36,954 nt of DNA from Gammaproteobacteria bacterium. GTDB taxonomy: Bacteria; Pseudomonadota; Gammaproteobacteria; Pseudomonadales; Pseudohongiellaceae. A model generated the notes under the pieces. It ran no database searches and was not told the DNA's origin. It saw nothing but the letters and a program-made list of their open reading frames with translations. Position 1 is the first letter of the stretch. Every line of letters starts with the position of its first letter. The stretch lies in assembly GCA_002684935.1 (NCBI GenBank), contig NYWC01000113.1, positions 1 to 36,954 on the forward strand. The letters run 5' to 3'. Shown one piece after another: positions 34,272 through 36,954 of the stretch. Made by a program: the position numbers and the translations under genes.

Positions 34272-35002
34272 AACTTGATCCTGTTTTACTAAATATGGCT
34301 GCAAGCTGGTCAGAGAAGGCTTACAACCAGAAGAATAAGGACGCCATAAAGATAGAAAACAAGATCACAGGAGCCACGGCTTTTGTAATCAAGCGCAAAA
34401 GCATAGATGTTATTGCTTTTCGAGGTACTGAGAAAAAGCTAAACGACATCATAACTGACCTGACTGCTATCCCGGTTCCGTATGCCGGAAGGATGTGCCA
34501 CGCAGGTTTCGTTCTACAACACGCTTCTATCTGGAAAGAGATCAAGAAGCACATTGACCCAAAAAAGCGAACGATGTTTACAGGCCACAGTCTAGGAGGT
34601 GCGCTCGCAGAGATGTCTGCCTCCAAGATGAACGGCAAGCACGACAATATCAATCTCATCACATTCGGTAAGCCGAACACGTTTTTTAAAGGCTTTAAGA
34701 GGCCGATGAAGCTCGACAATCAGATATCCTGCGTAAACGGCAGTGATATGGTTGCACGAGTCCCACGGCTGCTCTACGGGCCTTCTAAGTCGCAGACAAT
34801 GCTATACTTTAGCAATACAGGCCCAGACTATATAAATCCCAGCAAGGACACTAGAAGAGCTGACAGAGGCGGCGTGGCGGATAGAGTCGCTGACCACAGC
34901 ATGAACGATTACAAGAAAAGGCTAAAAGAGTATCTTGATTCTCAAGAGAAGGTAAAGCCTATAAACCAAGAAGCTGCTAGGCAACTGGAGAAAATGAAAT
35001 GA
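34268..35002 (+). CDS. Class-3 lipase/esterase (full-length copy, 244 aa, no signal peptide)
   Basis: AFRGT, HAGF, GHSLGGALA, GSDMVARVP and ADHSMNDY give a complete Ser/Asp/His set in the Lipase_3 order. Confidence 0.75.
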   Translation: MKLDPVLLNMAASWSEKAYNQKNKDAIKIENKITGATAFVIKRKSIDVIAFRGTEKKLNDIITDLTAIPVPYAGRMCHAGFVLQHASIWKEIKKHIDPKKRTMFTGHSLGGALAEMSASKMNGKHDNINLITFGKPNTFFKGFKRPMKLDNQISCVNGSDMVARVPRLLYGPSKSQTMLYFSNTGPDYINPSKDTRRADRGGVADRVADHSMNDYKKRLKEYLDSQEKVKPINQEAARQLEKMK

Positions 35003-35202
35003 GACTGATCGGTTTATTGTTTGTTTTTACGTTATCAAGCTGCACATCTGTTGAACAAGTTATTGCTAACAAAGAAATATACTGCTCTTCCTTTTACAAA
35101 GGTGTTCGGGCAGTGGGCAGAGGAGCGCTTTCTGCTACGGCTGGCGTTATTGTTCCTGACGTTTGCGACACAATTGACACTATTGTGGAAACTGTCGAAT
35201 GA
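34999..35202 (+). CDS. Small lipoprotein (second copy of 704..907)
   Basis: Identical to the first copy. Confidence 0.6.
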   Translation: MRLIGLLFVFTLSSCTSVEQVIANKEIYCSSFYKGVRAVGRGALSATAGVIVPDVCDTIDTIVETVE

Positions 35203-35666
35203 AATTAGGCGGCTTGCTAAAGTCCCTTGCTCCGACTATAGCTAGTGCTGCAGGCGGTCCGATGGCAGGAATGGCTGTAAAGATGGCTGCATCTAAACTA
35301 GGCTTGCCTGAAACTGCAACTGCTAATGAAATCGAGGATTTAATAGAGCGCGAACCTGACAAAGCGGTTCTTGTAAAACAAGCAGATCAAGATTTTAAAA
35401 CAAAGATCCGAGAAATGGAGATAGACCTTGAGTCATTTAAGACTGAGGTTGAGGACAGGAAGGATGCTAGGACTAAGTTTGCAAGCGATGTTACGCCTAA
35501 AGTCTTTTGCATTCTTGCTCTTATTTTGTACGGAGCTTATGTAATGACCGTGACTATTCTGCCTCATGATCAAAATGATGAGACCATAATCTCACTCGTG
35601 CTGGGCCAGCTATCAGGAATACTGGGAACCTGCGCGGCGTTCTTCTATGGAGGCTCTCAGAAGTGA
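35199..35666 (+). CDS. Putative holin (second copy of 904..1371)
   Basis: Identical to the first copy. Confidence 0.5.
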   Translation: MKLGGLLKSLAPTIASAAGGPMAGMAVKMAASKLGLPETATANEIEDLIEREPDKAVLVKQADQDFKTKIREMEIDLESFKTEVEDRKDARTKFASDVTPKVFCILALILYGAYVMTVTILPHDQNDETIISLVLGQLSGILGTCAAFFYGGSQK

Positions 35667-36094
35667 ATAAGATGGATAAGCTAATTGAACAACTAAAGCG
35701 CCACGAGGGCGTAGAGACTCACGCTTACAAATGCTCAAGCGGTAAGCTGACTATTGGCGTTGGTAGAAATATTGATCCAGAGGGCGGCATAGGGCTGGCA
35801 ATGGAAGAGATAGAATACCTGCTGTCCAATGACATCCTTCGATGTATAAAAGAGCTTAGCGCTGAGTATCCGTGGTTTGGTCAACTAGATGAAACTCGTC
35901 AGGAGGCAATCATCAATATCTTCCTGAATCTGGGTGCGACAAGGTTCCGGCTTTTTAAGCGAGCATTAGCCGCGATGGAAGAGGGCAATTACGATGAGGC
36001 TAGCACTGAGTTTCTTGATAGCCGATGGGCAAAGCAGGTAGGCGGTAGAGCGTTAGAGCTTACCGATATCATAAGGTCAGGCGAGTATGTATGA
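35663..36094 (+). CDS. GH24 lysozyme endolysin (second copy; carries the single synonymous difference at 35986)
   Basis: GGC vs GGT Gly codon. The protein is identical. Confidence 0.85.
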   Translation: MNKMDKLIEQLKRHEGVETHAYKCSSGKLTIGVGRNIDPEGGIGLAMEEIEYLLSNDILRCIKELSAEYPWFGQLDETRQEAIINIFLNLGATRFRLFKRALAAMEEGNYDEASTEFLDSRWAKQVGGRALELTDIIRSGEYV

Positions 36095-36485
36095 TCCTTA
36101 TATTTACGTTTGTGAGATAGTGAAGGTTGTTGATGGAGACACTATTGATGTTAATGTTGATTTGGGTTGGTCTGTTAGTGTGCGTAAGCAGCGCATTCGT
36201 TTGTATGGTATTGACGCTCCCGAGTCTCGCACTAGAGATTTGGAAGAAAAACAATTCGGCAAAGCCTCTAAGAAGTTTGTCAAAGACTTTCTGAACAGCG
36301 ATCACATACTTCTCAAGACGAGAGAGAAAGGCAAGTACGGCAGATATTTAGGTGATTTCTGCGTAGATGATAAATGGCTCTGCGATGAGATGATACAAGC
36401 TCACCACGCTGTCCCATATTACGGGCAGAACAAAGCTGATATAGCAGCCGCACACATCCGCAACAGAGCCTTAGTGAAGCTCTGA
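36087..36485 (+). CDS. SNase-like nuclease (second copy)
   Basis: Identical to 1792..2190. Confidence 0.75.
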   Translation: MYDPYIYVCEIVKVVDGDTIDVNVDLGWSVSVRKQRIRLYGIDAPESRTRDLEEKQFGKASKKFVKDFLNSDHILLKTREKGKYGRYLGDFCVDDKWLCDEMIQAHHAVPYYGQNKADIAAAHIRNRALVKL

Positions 36486-36689
36486 GCCGTAGCGGTCACT
36501 CTCTTCCATATACCTAAAGAACTCTTTGCTCCGAGCTTCATCACCAAAAACAAAATCTTCAAGATGTCCAAGGTTCCAAGCAAGCGTGGCGATGTAGTTG
36601 AGGTCACGGCTGTTAAAGTTTTCAGCAGCTTTCTTCAGCCATTCTTCGCAGTCTTCTGGATTCTTCAAAATAAAACTTATGCCTTCCAT
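36471..36689 (-). CDS. Hypothetical protein (second copy of 2176..2394)
   Basis: Identical to the first copy. Confidence 0.55.
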   Translation of the reverse strand: MEGISFILKNPEDCEEWLKKAAENFNSRDLNYIATLAWNLGHLEDFVFGDEARSKEFFRYMEESDRYGSELH

Positions 36690-36954
36690 TTTGCGATCTC
36701 TTCGATATCTTTTAAATAACGGTATCCTAACAGCCTAGCGTCTGATTTTATTGGCCTAGTCTTAACTATTTCTCCGGCGGCGTAATCCTTTCCTTTTTTT
36801 GTGGTCCAAAACCATTCTTTGCTGCAGTAGCCCATAACAGCAATTTCTTCTTTGTCTATGTCAACGCAGCAAAAAATGTAAACATCACACTTTTGATGGT
36901 CTCGGAGATACGCCGTAACCAATCCGTTACCTGCTTCTCGCTTTCCGTACTTCG
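36677..36954 (-). CDS. PD-(D/E)xK-like nuclease, 5'-truncated by the window end (second copy of 2382..2888)
   Basis: Same sequence as 2382..2659. The ORF runs off the window. Confidence 0.4.
   Translation of the reverse strand, partial: KYGKREAGNGLVTAYLRDHQKCDVYIFCCVDIDKEEIAVMGYCSKEWFWTTKKGKDYAAGEIVKTRPIKSDARLLGYRYLKDIEEIAKWKA

Larger units (their letters stand above)
34296..36954. repeat. Right copy of the 2,659-bp direct terminal repeat (wrap-around of a circularly permuted or concatemeric genome)
   Basis: Same comparison as the left copy. The repeat ends exactly at the window edge. Confidence 0.97.

Overview
The window holds one complete phage genome of 34,295 bp plus a 2,659-bp wrap-around. 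Positions 1..2659 repeat at 34296..36954 with a single synonymous mismatch (1691 T vs 35986 C). No rRNA, tRNA, CRISPR array, integrase, repressor or transposase was recognised.

Gene order:
- (a) A leftward early operon (5400 down to 2176, minus strand) carries a lambdoid-style recombination/nin module: ERF annealase, YqaJ exonuclease, a small protein with an SSB-like DVPF tail, NinG/Rap-like, NinB-like and a PD-(D/E)xK-like nuclease.
- (b) A roughly 590-bp non-coding control region (5401..5990) has divergent sigma70-like promoters, iteron-like repeats, two palindromes and a long hairpin.
- (c) Rightward early genes (6017..9406) are small unknowns plus an SF2 DExH helicase and a stand-alone CHC2 primase zinc-finger protein.
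- (d) A P22-like podovirus morphogenesis block (9406..30754) runs TerS, TerL, portal, a 570-aa unknown, scaffold, coat, three small very basic proteins, gp4-like, a fibre-like protein, gp10-like hub, four ejection-protein-like low-complexity proteins and a 1129-aa tail fibre.
- (e) A nine-gene, translationally coupled envelope/lysis cassette (30764..36485, continuing as 1..2190) contains two Sec-exported low-complexity proteins, two bitopic membrane proteins, a class-3 lipase, a lipoprotein, a holin-like protein, a GH24 lysozyme and an SNase-like nuclease.

The items most worth follow-up are the oversized envelope cassette with its lipase and exported NIDO-like/TonB-like protein, the (F/Y)E C-terminal tag shared by the scaffold and three basic mini-proteins, the reused early translation-initiation cassette and promoter-upstream motif, and the ORF-free control region.

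All functional calls rest on motifs read by eye and on gene order. No database search was run.
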